Source: Octopus vulgaris (taxonomy: Eukaryota). From it: a DNA stretch of 64,000 nt. A program made the translations under genes and the position numbers. Under the pieces are notes generated by a model. The model had not been told where the DNA came from. It saw nothing but the letters and a program-made list of their open reading frames with translations, and did no database searches. Position 1 is the first letter of the stretch. Every line of letters begins with the position of its first letter. Positions 12,932-25,167 of this stretch are shown one piece after another. The stretch spans positions 71,424,001-71,488,000 of the forward strand of contig OX597831.1 of assembly GCA_951406725.2 (NCBI GenBank), given 5' to 3'.

Positions 12932-13896
12932 ACATATCAATAAACACTGTTTAAGAAAAAAGACAAGTCACAAGTTCAGGTTAAGTACTCAATAACCTAT
13001 TGTAGAGTGTAGATATATATTTATTCACTTACTAGAAAAGTTGCGTTTCTTTTGAGTAAATCACCTGATATTGTGCGTGTTGGTGTCATGATCATCATCA
13101 TTATCATCATCATTATCATCATCATCATCACCTTCATCACTGCTTAACATCAGTTTTCTATGCCAACATAGGTTGGATGATTTCACAGGATCTGATGTAC
13201 CTGATGACTTATCATGCTCCATCTGCCAGATCAAGTTTGGAGCCTGGTGCAGCCGTCTGGTTCGCCAGCCCTCAGTCAAAATCGTCCAACCCATGCTAGC
13301 ATGGAAAGCGGGCGTTAAACGATGATGATGATGATGATTGTCTGCTTTAGCATGGTCCCTATGGCTGGATGCCTTTTCCTTATGCCAACCACTTTACAAA
13401 GTATACAAGGTGCTTTTCTGTGGAACCAACACCAGTGGCATTGCCACATAGCTCATATGACTTAGATCCTCTTCAACTAGGTTGCGAGGGGGCACTACAA
13501 TTGTGAGGGAAGCAGATTTATGCTAGTGGTGGGAGGTTAAAGTATGAAAGAAGGAGCTGGAACGGGTTTCTTGCTGTAGAGGAGATTCAAGGCTGCTTGC
13601 ATCATGCAAGAGTGGGTAGGAATAATTAGGATGGAGCTGGGAAAGAGAGATGAAAATGGTTGGGAAGAAGTACCAGGATGAGCCCTTAAGGTACAAGAAC
13701 GTGAGCAGAACAAAAGAACAGGAAGGGTGGTTGCAATAATCTGAGGAGAGTGAGAGATAGTTGGAGATAGTTGAAGCAAATATAATTAATGAGGAGTAAG
13801 GGTTGAGTGGTCAGTGATGATAAATATGAGCGGTAGACAAGGTAGAAGAAAGTAGGTGATGACTGGCAGTACAGAAAGACCTGAAGAGCAACAAAA

Positions 13897-16190
13897 TCAT
13901 CATCATCATCGTTTAACGTCCGTTTTCCGCGCTAGCACGGGTTGGACGGTTTCGACCGGGGTCTGGGGAGCCAGGGGCTGCCCCAGGCTCCAGTCTGGTC
14001 TGGCAGTATTTCTACAGCTGGATGCCCTTCCTAACGCCAACCACTCCGCGAGTGTAGTGGGTGCTTTTTACGTGCCACCTGCACAGGTGCCAGAGGGGTC
14101 TGGCATCGGCCACGGTCGGTTGGTGCTTTTTATGTGCCACCTGCACAGAAGCCAGTCGGGGCGGTGCTGGCATCGGCCACATTCGGATGGTGCTTTTTAT
14201 GTGGGAGGGGGCAGAAATATAGGGGAGCACCAGTGGGGGGAGGGGGGTGTTCGGAGTGTTCATGTACTTGACTCAACAGGTCTCCTCAAGCACAGCGGGA
14301 CGATCTGGGATCCGGGGTACTTTGAATGGGCAGGGGCTATGCGGAACTGATGCAGGAAGCAACCCGGGTCTTTGCAGTCACAGCATATCTCCAGAGATCT
14401 CGGTCCTTCGCCATTGCCTCGGTGAGGCCCAACGCTCTGAGGTCAAGCTTGACTGCCTCATCCCATGTCTTCCTGGGTCTACCTCTCCCCCTGATACCTT
14501 CAACAGATTGGGAGTGGCACTTCTTCACACATCTCTCCTCATCCATCCGCAGCACATGACCATACCATCGCAAGCGTCGCTCCTGCACACCACATCTGAT
14601 GCTTCTTATATCCAGCATTTCTCTCAGGATGCTTACACTCTGTCGTGTGTGCACACTGACATTACACATCCAGCGGATCATGCTAGCTTCATTTCTTTCA
14701 AGTCTACGCATGTCCTCTGCAGTCATAGCCCATGTTTCATTACCATGAAGCATGGCAGTTCGCACACATGCATCATACAGTCTACCTTTCGCTCTGAGGG
14801 AGAGACCCTTTTTTGCCAGTAGGGGTAGGAGCTTTCTGAACTTTGCCCAGGCTATTCGTATTCTAGTGGTGATACTCTCTGTGCATCCACCTCCGCTACT
14901 AACTTGGTCACCCAGGTAGCGGAAACTATCAACTACTTCTAGTTTCTCTCCCTGGAGTGTGATGGAATCTGCTTTCTGAGTGTCTGTGGTGTCTATTGTC
15001 CCTGTGCATCTGCCGCACATGAAAGCTATCTTATCTGTTAATTTCCCTTTAATGTTGCTGCACCTCTTGTGCGTCCATAGCTTACATTGGGTGCATCTTA
15101 TGGAGTTTCTACCTGCACCTTTCCTACAGATTGAGCAGGGCCACCTACCCGAGGGGGTGTGTGCTGAGTACGCCTTGCTGCTTACTATTACTTTGGTCTT
15201 TGCTACATTTACTCTAAGGCCCTTTGATTCTAACCCTTGCTTCCACACCCGAAATTTCTTTTCTAGTTCCGGTAGTGATTCTGCTATGAGAGCCAGGTCA
15301 TCAGCATAGAGGAGCTCCCAGGGGCATCCTGTTTTGAATTCCTCTGTTATTGCCTGGAGGACTATGATGAATAGAAGGGGACTGAGGGCTGAGCCCTGGT
15401 GCACACCTACTTCTACCCGGAATTCTTCACTATATTCATTGCCAATCCTAACCTTGCTGGCAGCCTCTCTGTATAGAGCCTGTACAGCCCTTATTAGCCA
15501 TTCGTCAATCTCCAGTTTCCGCATCGACCACCAGATAAGGGAACGGGGAACCCTGTCAAAGGCTTTCTCCAAGTCCACAAAGGCTATGTAGAGGGGTTTA
15601 TCTTTAGCTAGGTACTTCTCCTGCAGTTGTCGGACCAGGAATATAGCATCAGTGGTGCTCCTACCTGGCACAAAACCGAACTGCATTTCATCTAAGCAAA
15701 TTCTCTCCCTAATGAGATGGGTTATGACCCTCTCTGTGACCTTCATCACCTGGTCCAACAGTTTGATACCCCTGTAATTATTTCTATCTAGAGCATCACC
15801 CTTACCCTTGTAGCAGTTGACTATGGTGCTGCTACGCCAGTCATTGGGTATGACTCCATTGTGAACTACCTGGTTTACAATGCGGGTGACTATGCCATAG
15901 CCCACATAGCCAGCTGTTTTAAGCATCTCAGCAGTGATTCCTGATGGGCCGGGGGCTTTGCCTGGTTTCATATCCTTAATTGCCTTATCTACAAGGGAGC
16001 TGTCTATTCGGGTAGCTGGTCCCTCTACTGGGTCAACATTTGGCAGGCTCTCCTCCTCCCATTCATTCTCCTCGTTCAGCAGTCTTTCGTAATGGCTTCT
16101 CCAAGCCTCTTTCTTTTCACTAACAGTAAAAGCAAGTGCCCCATCATCCATGCGGACACATTTCTCTCCTGTAACATCACTATTTTCTCT
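13897..16190 (-). mobile_element. Young 5'-truncated RTE-clade LINE with 3'UTR and (GAT)n tail
   Basis: Uninterrupted RT reading frame, 3'UTR shared with many solo tails in the window, (CAT)n on the + strand at 13897. Confidence 0.93.
14337..16190 (-). CDS. RTE-clade reverse transcriptase (endonuclease domain missing) with an embedded PHD-like C4HC3 finger
   Basis: Motifs NYRGIKLL, QFGF, FVDLEKAFDRV, GVHQGSALSPLLF, LLYADD, FRYLG, RRLRWYGHV, RGRPRKTW. The first ~34 codons of the called 651-aa ORF come from flanking repeats. Confidence 0.9.
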   Translation of the reverse strand, partial: RENSDVTGEKCVRMDDGALAFTVSEKKEAWRSHYERLLNEENEWEEESLPNVDPVEGPATRIDSSLVDKAIKDMKPGKAPGPSGITAEMLKTAGYVGYGIVTRIVNQVVHNGVIPNDWRSSTIVNCYKGKGDALDRNNYRGIKLLDQVMKVTERVITHLIRERICLDEMQFGFVPGRSTTDAIFLVRQLQEKYLAKDKPLYIAFVDLEKAFDRVPRSLIWWSMRKLEIDEWLIRAVQALYREAASKVRIGNEYSEEFRVEVGVHQGSALSPLLFIIVLQAITEEFKTGCPWELLYADDLALIAESLPELEKKFRVWKQGLESKGLRVNVAKTKVIVSSKAYSAHTPSGRWPCSICRKGAGRNSIRCTQCKLWTHKRCSNIKGKLTDKIAFMCGRCTGTIDTTDTQKADSITLQGEKLEVVDSFRYLGDQVSSGGGCTESITTRIRIAWAKFRKLLPLLAKKGLSLRAKGRLYDACVRTAMLHGNETWAMTAEDMRRLERNEASMIRWMCNVSVHTRQSVSILREMLDIRSIRCGVQERRLRWYGHVLRMDEERCVKKCHSQSVEGIRGRGRPRKTWDEAVKLDLRALGLTEAMAKDRDLWRYAVTAKTRVASCISSA

Positions 16191-16210
16191 GATTAATAAT
16201 AATAATAATA

Positions 16211-16650
16211 TGCTCAATACCACAGATTTGCTTGTCAGTTGTTTGACCGTAACCAGTTGAGCATGTCCCTTAGTGGCTGACGATATTTGCATCTCTGATC
16301 ATGAGCAGAAGTAGTGGGGGAGCATCATAGCCATATGTTGAGAGGGATTCTTTGGGATTTGAATAATTCACCTCTGGAAACATGGGTGTTTCATTCAACA
16401 TCCTTAAACAATCCCAATTCAAGGACCTTTTGAGCGAGATAGGTTACTCGACCAGAAGAAAATTCTAACTGGGCCTCACCTGCAAGGTCATGTACTGTTT
16501 ATCTTGATATGAGATCACCATGTCGTGCACATATGGTTGTGATGCATGTGCCTGGTGTACCCTTATCAGACGGGTAGTCATGATGGCTATACTGGACTTT
16601 GTATATTTTACCCCAGTGTCACTTTGATGGCATGCACTGCTTTCTCACTC
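16211..16650 (+). mobile_element. 5'-truncated copy of the (TAA)n-associated repeat
   Basis: Matches 6620-7060 and is flanked by (AAT)n. Confidence 0.7.
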
Positions 16651-16694
<44 letters not shown>

Positions 16695-16801
16695 AGAAGA
16701 CAGATGAAGGAAGAGAGAAAGAGATGTAGTTCATATGGAGAATGAGAAGCGTATGGTGAGTGGAAGTAGTTCTCTCTCTCTCTCTCCTTCTCTCTCTCTC
16801 T

Positions 16802-16856
<55 letters not shown>

Positions 16857-18299
16857 AATGTTTAAATTTATTTGATGTTGAAACATCACTCCATTACTTT
16901 GAGTTTCTCATTTCCATTCTACAAAATAAGGAGTCAAAGTAATCACAGAGGAAAGTTTTAGCTTTGAATAAATTCATAAACCTGTCTGCATGTATTCGCT
17001 ACATTTTCCTTTCCTTTGTAAGCTAAACGCATCTCCTTACTGTTTTACGTATTGAGTTTTATTTCTCCTTTTTGTATAACCAAGCCTATATATATATATA
17101 TATATATACCATTACTATCCATTAAATTTGATTTGGGCTTTATAGATATCCCAAAGGAGAGAAAGAAAAAAAATTCTCTCTTTCCCTCCCTTCCTCTCTC
17201 TCTCTCTCTCTTTCTCTCCCTTCTTCTCTCTCTATCTCTTTCTCTCTCTCCCTCCCTTTCTCTCCTGGTGCCCTACACCTCTGTCACTTCTGTCTCCCTC
17301 GTCCTGTCTCCCTCTTCACATACACAATTATATGTCAGCCACCCAGTATTTTTAGGCTGTAATTATGGAACTAAACTATTCCCATCATTCCCATTCTGAG
17401 CAGATGACAACATTTTACTGAGGAAATATTAAAAATAATTTATCTCTAATTGGTCATCAGTTTCACAATTTTTTGGAACTAACATCAAGAACGTTCCTAA
17501 ATTTTCAGGAGCACCAACAAAACTACAAATGCTTGCATAAAAGGGTAATACTTTACACCAAAATATAGCGCTGTCGAAGCATAAATGCTAAGCTGTCAGG
17601 TCACATTTCTGATAATTCACAAAGCTCTAAATTTATAGATTCGCTTTTATTTCTGTTGAGTTCTTAAATTCTTTGGAAACCTCTGTACTTCCACACTACC
17701 GACTTCTGTTAAAAGTAGGAGCCACCATCATTACTACTAGTGATGCATTGGTCATACTTAGTCTGGTGGTTAAGGCATTAATGTCTGCTATTATTCGGGC
17801 AACTCTTCTGACAACTATTCTCCAAGGAAGAAAATACTTTCATAGCCAAAGTACCCCTGGCACATCTGATTCCTTATTACACTTCAGATACTAAAGTTTG
17901 CTGTCTCCTGTAAAACTGAGCTTCGTTAAATCCATAAATGAATCACAAGAACTGTTGCTGGACAACTTGAAGGACACTGCTTCCCTCACAGACAATTTTA
18001 TATTGCATGTGAAACATTGTTTAGAAGGAAGTTCTGGGCTTACATGAAATAGTATTAAGAGGTAACATGGTGCTGAGAAACAGAAAGGAAAACCATCATG
18101 TGTACAGTCATCTCAGGTAATACAGTGTAACCATCACGGAAGTGTCTACATGACATCTCAGCATGGTAGGAAAAGCAGCCAGATTTCCCTCAGAACCCAC
18201 TAAATTGCTTTATGTCTTTGTATATGTGCCAATTCTGTATAGAGGTGTAAGGACCACCAGTACTGTTTCTGCAAAGCCTGGTGCACTGATAACCTAATT

Positions 18300-18800
18300 T
18301 TTTTGTGTTACATACAAGTGGGATCTTGCCTTGGTGGAACTTGGTGAAAGTAATGTTGTTGGCTTCGTCATTAGCAAAGTATTTAACCATGTCTGGCATG
18401 CAAATCTCCCATTGGAACTTCCTGCCTATGGACTCCCCCATCTCTCTTCTCATGGATTACAAGCTTTCTATCAAGTGCACTATTATTGTTCATGTTGCTG
18501 CTGCTCTTTATGCCCCTTATTCTTTCAATTCCAGGGTACCTCGAGGTTTGGTTTTGTCTCCCACTTACATCCTTCCATACATCAATAAATCACTTGCCAC
18601 CACATCCAATAACACTCACTCTCACATAGATGACACTACCCTTCATTTCTCCCTAACATTCTCTAACCATGCATTATCCACTCATAATCTGGATGTCACT
18701 CACCAAACACACACTGGTTCCATGAAGAAAAACCTCAAAACATCTTCCAATGGCAATATGCCAATTTAGTTTCTTTCAAGAAGAAAATTCAATCTCTACT
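18300..18800 (+). mobile_element. Old CR1/Jockey-group LINE RT fragment
   Basis: Degenerate motifs ISKVFNHVWH, VPRGLVLSP and HIDDTTL across frames. Confidence 0.6.
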
Positions 18801-19505
18801 GACATCAAGGAAGTATCTTCACAGCTAGCGCCCTCAAATCACTCCAATCTATTCAGATGAAAGTTGGATGGGTATGCATGAATAGAAGGGGCATGGACCC
18901 AGCTAACTCTAAAGAGCAAAGGCCATTATAGTAGCATCAAAAAAGGCAAAGACAGAGAACAGCACATCCATGGGGAAGAAGCTGGAGTATCTCTGTAAGT
19001 GATTTAATGCCAATCAGTCAGGTGGAAATTTTTACCTCAACTGGTCCTTGTACAGTTATACTAATTCACTCAATTGAACTGGAAAAGTGAAACTGACCTT
19101 GGCAGGATTTGAACTCAAAACACAGGTCATCTCATTTGATGCTTTGACAATCATGCCAATCCACTCAATTGAACTGGAAAAGCAAAACTGACCTTCACAG
19201 CATTTGAACTCAAAGCACAGGGAGTAGAACATATAGTGAAAAGCATTCTGTCTGATATTGTAACAGATCTACCCAATCCCACTCCTTATGCACTCAGTAC
19301 ATTCATATTCCATTCTAACTCAGAACGTCAAGACATACGAAATGCCGCCAAGCATTCTGCCAGCACCCCGCCTTATTCTGGTTTAAAACAAAAATATTAA
19401 AAATTGACTGAAGTGTTCAAACTTTAAATGGAAAGTTTCTCATCTTAGTGCTGCCTTTAATATGGTCACTGTCATAAGCAACAATTTTCCTTCTAAAATA
19501 ACACG

Positions 19506-19666
19506 GGCGCAGGAGTTGCTGTGTGGTAAGTAGCTTGCTAACCAACCACATGGTTCCGGGTTCAGTCCCACTGCGTGGCATCTTGGGCAAGTGTCTTCTG
19601 CTATAGCCCCGGGCCGACCAATGCCTTGTGAGTGGATTTGGTAGACGGAAACTGAAAGAAGCCCGT

Positions 19667-19703
<37 letters not shown>

Positions 19704-19925
19704 ATATGTTTGTGTGTCTGTGTTTGTCCCTCTAGCATTGCTTGACAACCAATGCTGGTGTGTTTACGTCCCCGTAACTTAGCGGTTTGGCAAAAGAGAC
19801 CGATAGAATAAGTACTGGGCTTACAAAAGAATAAGTCCCGGGGTTGAGTTGCTTGATTAAAGGTGGTGCTCCAGCATAGCCGCAGTCAAATGACTGAATC
19901 AAGTAAAAGAAAAGAAAGAATAAAA
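19506..19925 (+). mobile_element. SINE family A
   Basis: Full head-to-tail copy. Confidence 0.88.
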
Positions 19926-20687
19926 GTTTAAATCCTACATTTCTGCATGTTGCTTTTGTTTATAATGAAGAACTTTCACTGAAATATCTGGTACTGTTGA
20001 TAAGCAGAGCAATAGACTTACTATTGAAATGATAATACACCCATCTTGTATGTAAACATTGAAATGCTCTAGCTTTAGTTTAGAGTTCCATGAGAGTAGT
20101 CATGTAGAAATATTGAAGTTGGAGATGCTCAAGACTCAGCTTTCAGAAGCAGAACAATTAAGTTTAGAGTAATAGACTGACTCATACTGCGAACTGCCTA
20201 CAACATTGGGGTGTAATATAACTAAATTGACAATTTCAAAATGCAATACATTCTATAAAAAAAAATACCTTTCAAGATTAATTCCAAAAATTATGGAAGC
20301 ACTAGAAGAGACTGTTATAGTCGCACTGCAGGCAGAAAATAAAATTAAAAATGATATGACAAACGTTATCCAAGAACTACCAGTGACAGCATAGGATATA
20401 AGAATGAAAGCTATAGGTGATGCATATATTACGAAAATAAAAGAAGCTTTAAAAAATAAACAAAATGAAAATTCAGATACCAGTAGTTTTTCACTATGCG
20501 ATGATATTCGGATGTATGTCCAAAGAGTGGTGTTTCCCATGGAAGTATTCTGAGAAATATTCGATGTACTGGTACCAAAAGCAATAGAGTTCCGTAGAAC
20601 CAGCATGAGAAACAGAAAGCAGGCCGAACACCTTGAGATAATACCCAAGCGAAAAGGATACAAAAAATAAATAAATAAATAAATATA

Positions 20688-21095
20688 GGCGCAGGAGTGG
20701 CTGTGTGGTAAGTAGCTTGCTAACCAACCACATGGTTCCGGGTTCAGTCCCACTGCGTGGCACCTTGGGCAAGTGTCTTCTATTATAGCTTTGGGCCGAC
20801 CAAAGCCTTGTGAGTGGATTTGGTAGACGGAAACTGAAAGAAGCCCGTCATGTATATGTATATATATATATATATGTTTGTGTGTCTGTGTTTGTCCCCC
20901 TAGCATTGCTTGACAACCGATGCTGGTGTGTTTATGTCCCCGTCACTTAGCAGTTCGGCAAAAGAGACTAATAGAATAAGTACTGGGCTTATAAAAAGAA
21001 TAAGTCCTGGGGTCGAGTTGCTCGACTAAAGGCGGTGCTCCAGCATGGCTGCAGTCAACTGACTGAAACAAGTAAAAGAGTAAACAAAAAGAAAG
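20688..21095 (+). mobile_element. SINE family A
   Basis: Full head-to-tail copy. Confidence 0.88.
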
Positions 21096-21551
21096 AAAGA
21101 ATTTCTTTATTCCTTTGGAACACAAAATCTCAAAACAGGAGATGTTTTGCAAGAGTACGATGCGCCCTGGTGAGAATGGACTGGATCACTACTTATAAAT
21201 AGTAGCGATCTGAGTGAGATAGTTTGTGCTAGTTCCACCGTTCATGTGTTTATAGTTCAAAGCTGGAGTGCAAAGTTTACAGTTCGAGTTAGTATGTTGG
21301 ATTACTGGTTCTTAAAAAATTGTTGCTATGTTCCTTGTGGTTGCTGCTGTTTGTTTCAGTTATATTGTTCTTACACTGTTGCAGTGTATTTGTTTATCCA
21401 TAAGGATATAACATGAATGAGAGGATTTGCCTGACGAGAAGCTGGCTGGAGCTTATTGCTTATTTCCAGTCTAAGGAGTCTGTCACCTCAGACAAAGTCA
21501 GCTGTTATTGTGGCAAGTGAATAAATTCTCAAAGTCTTGCAAGCATAGCAT

Positions 21552-21785
21552 TATTTTTAACTACCCACAAGGGGCTAAACACAGAGGGGACAAACAAGGA
21601 CAGACAAACGGATTAAGTCGATTACATCAACCCCAGTGCATAACTGGTACTTAATTTATCAACCCTGAAAGGATGAAAGGCAAAGTCGACCTTGGCGGAA
21701 TTTGAACTCAGAATGTAACGGCAGACGAAATACGGCTACGCATTTCGCCCGGCGTGATAACGTTTCTGCCAGCTCGCCACCTTAT
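21552..21785 (-). mobile_element. SINE family B (Meta-like)
   Basis: Reverse-complement copy; TSD-like gcaagcatagca / gcaagtatagca. Confidence 0.85.
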
Positions 21786-22096
21786 TGCAAGTATAGCATG
21801 AGGTGTCATGCTAGATATACGGAGGATAATGCAATGATCAAATGAACCATTGAAAACTGTTGTGATGACCAGTTTATCCTAGAACCTGTGAGATTGTCTC
21901 AGTTGGATGGGAAAGGACTGACTATTTAACTTGCATTTCTTTAAGATGAGTTATTTCTTATGGAATGCTATTGTGGCAAAGACATTACTGAAAACAGTTC
22001 CTTACCTCATTACTGCATGTAGCACAGCAACAAAAACAGAACAGGGCAAAAACGACGACGCTGTGGTGATCTCATTCTTGCTCACAACATCATAAG

Positions 22097-22410
22097 CGGA
22101 GGGTGTAACCTCTCAAAAGAGCTGTTCTTCACTCCTGCTCCAGAGCGTCGGCTGCGGGGTCATTCCGAAAAGCTCTATCTGTGACAATTTCATCTCAATT
22201 GAAGGAGAGGGGCTTTCTCCGTCCGGCTTGTGGATCCGTGGAATAAGCTGCCAGACGAGATGGTGAAGATGCCGACAACCACTCGGTTCAAAGTCTCCCT
22301 TGACCTCAAGTGGCCTGAACTCTTTACATGAACACCCTCCCTGTACATAACTCCATGTCCCCCTACATGGCCTTGCTTTTTGCTTTTTGAGCCAAAAAAT
22401 TAACTAACTA
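22097..22410 (+). mobile_element. CR1-type LINE 3' end with (CTAA)n tail
   Basis: RLRGHSEKL...FSVRLVDPWNKLP C-terminal motif; inverted copy at 31485-31810. Confidence 0.75.
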
Positions 22411-22810
22411 AGGAGTGGCTGTGTGGTAAGTAGCTTGCTAACCAGCCACATGGTTCCGGGTTCAGTCCCACTGCATGGCATCTTGGACAAGTGTCTTCTG
22501 CTATAGCCCCGGGCCGACCAAAGCCTTGTGAGTGGATTTGGTAGACGGAAACTGAAAGAAGCCTGTCGTATATATGTATATATATATATATGTATGTGTG
22601 CGTGTTTGTGTGTCTGTGTTTGTCCCCCAAGCATTGCTTGACAACCGATGCTGGTGTGTTTACGTCCCCGTCACTTATCGGTTCGGCAAAAAGAGACCGA
22701 TAGAATAAGTACTGGGCTTACAAAGAATAAGTCCCGGGGTCGATTTGATCAACTAAAGGCGGTGCTCCAGCATGGCCACAGTCAAATGACTGAAACAAGT
22801 AAAAGAAAAA
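22411..22810 (+). mobile_element. SINE family A
   Basis: Near full-length copy. Confidence 0.88.
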
Positions 22811-23748
22811 AACTAAAAACATAATATGGGACCAAAGTGTGCCATAAGCTTCAACCCACAACATTCAAAAATTATGAATCTGTGTCCCATAACCCCACAT
22901 GCAACAATTAATGAAATCAGCAAACTATTGAATGAGACCCCAAACAACACACCCCTGTCTGTGTTTCTCTGTCAATGACTCTCAATAGAAAGGGAAAACA
23001 CCTTATGTGTACAACTTATATAATATTTACTGGGGGGGGACATTGTTTTCAGATATTTTATTTCTTTTCTCTTGATATAAATTATGTTGTCAGTAAATAA
23101 GTGTCAGGAATAAATTAATAGTGTTTCTAAGATATATGACTTAATTGCTCAATCTATTGAACTCAGGAGAATGTAGAACTACTAAAGTGAAAAAATAATT
23201 GATTAATTCTTAAATAGACTTGGAACTTTTTATTTTAAATAGGAAGAAATGAGATGTGATGATAATATCTTTGTAAAAGACACTGTAGTTTGTTTTTAAT
23301 AGTTTGATCTGGAGGAAGGGACAATGCCCGTAACCTTTTTTTAAGCTCTTCAAGACAGTTAAAGTTAATGAGGTTGATGTTCATCTTGAATTACTCATTG
23401 CAAGCCGACATCTGCAGGTGAAACAGTAGTAAGGAGAGAACTTCAGAGGATTGATGTTCTGAGAAGAAAACCTTGAGTGCCATAGTTTATACAAGGCTTG
23501 GAGAACCACAATATATGGTTGATGAAGATGAGAAATGAAGAGACAAGTGAGTTGAGTGGGCTTAGCTGGAGGTGATATGGGACCAACCAGTGTCACTGTA
23601 GTAACAATATTAAAAGCAGAGCAAGGTAACTCCACACCTGTGCTTGGAGTACGCTGGTAGTAGTTGTGGCAATAGCAGCCACAAGCCTTTTCAATGTCAA
23701 CGGCTTTTGGAAATGACACCATATCACACCATATCACTGGAATTATGT

Positions 23749-24086
23749 GAAGGCACGTGGCTCAGTGGTTAGAGCATCGAGCTTACGATCGTGAGGTTGT
23801 GAGCTCGGATCCCGGACCGGGCTGCGTGTTGTGTTCTTGAGCAAGACACTTTATTTCACGTTGCTCCAGTTCACTCAGCTGTAGAAATGAGTTGCGACGT
23901 CATAGGTGCCAAGCTGTATCGGCCCCTTTGCCTTTCCGTTGGATAACATCGGTGACGTGGAGAGGGGAGGCTGGTATGCATGGGTGACTGCTGGTCTTCC
24001 ATAAAAACAACCTTGCCCAGACTTGTGCCTCAGAGGGTAACTCTCTAGGTGCAAACCCATGGTCAGTGTCTGACCGAAGGGGGTCA
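23749..24086 (+). mobile_element. SINE family C (tRNA-derived, V/CORE-like cttgagcaagacac domain)
   Basis: TGGCTCAGTGG A box; inverted copy at 53462-53797. Confidence 0.8.
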
Positions 24087-24774
24087 CCATCACCACCATA
24101 TATTCAGTGTATGATAGTTGTCTTATTCTACACCTACTGGTTGCTGGCTTTTTAGCCCTAGGTCAACCTTGATTAAGCAAGCATATAAATAGTCAAACCG
24201 ACTGAAAAATGTAACTTACCGATCCATATATCCACATATTCCATGCCTTGCTGATGGCCATATTGCACATTCTGATGGGCAGTGTTTGGTTATTTTTGAT
24301 GCAGTGCTGCAGCCTGGACAGAATGGATTTTCATGTTTCTGAATGGCTGCTGTTTCTACAACCAAAGGTACTTCAGCCTGGACCACCCCATTTTTTCACA
24401 TATCCATGACTACATTGTTCAATGAATCTTTGTGCTTTTAAAGTAGTAGGGTTAGAGAGTAATTTGGTTGCTATTTCTAGCATTTTGAACAACCTTATAG
24501 AGGCTTCTTCATTAGCATGTCTGTATATCTGTAGATTCCAATGGTAGTCAGAATGAAATTGGTCAAAGGGAACTCAGTTCATATGTGATTGCTGCTCAGA
24601 GACCTTTATGAAGTCACTCAATTTGCTAGAAATAATAACCCAGATCTCCTTCAAATTTCACACTATTGTCTTAGTTGGCCACTTCTATTTTATATGTATA
24701 TCATGCATTATTTATTTTCAGTTTTCCTTATGATATCAACAGACTTGTTTTGCTATCTTACAGTATGTCTGTGT

Positions 24775-25050
24775 CATCATCATCATCATCATCATCATCA
24801 TCGTTTAACATCCGCTTTCCATGCTAGCATGGGTTGGACGGTTCAACCGGGGTCTGGGAAGCCAGAAGGCTGCACCAGGCTCCAGTCTGATCTGGCAGTG
24901 TTTCTACAGCTGGATGCCCTTCCTAACACCAACCACTCCGTGAGTGTAGTGGGTGCTTCTTACGTGCCACCGGCACAGGTGCCAGGGCAGGCTGGCATCG
25001 TCCATGATCGGTTGGTGCTTTTTACGTGCCACCGGCACAGAAGCCAGTCA
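24775..25050 (-). mobile_element. Solo RTE 3'UTR / tail with (GAT)n
   Basis: Matches 13897-14160. Confidence 0.82.
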
Positions 25051-25167
25051 TGTGTTTAAATTTTGTCCTGGTCATATATGTTGTGAGCACTTCTAGTAAA
25101 CTATTCAAATATTGCTATCCATTTTACACTGTGTACACTAAATGGTATATAAAGATGAGGTATATAA

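Noticed and set aside
16191-16292. Native N-terminus of the 651-aa RT ORF
   Set aside because: Encoded by (ATT)n and the antisense strand of an unrelated repeat; the LINE is 5'-truncated at about 16190.
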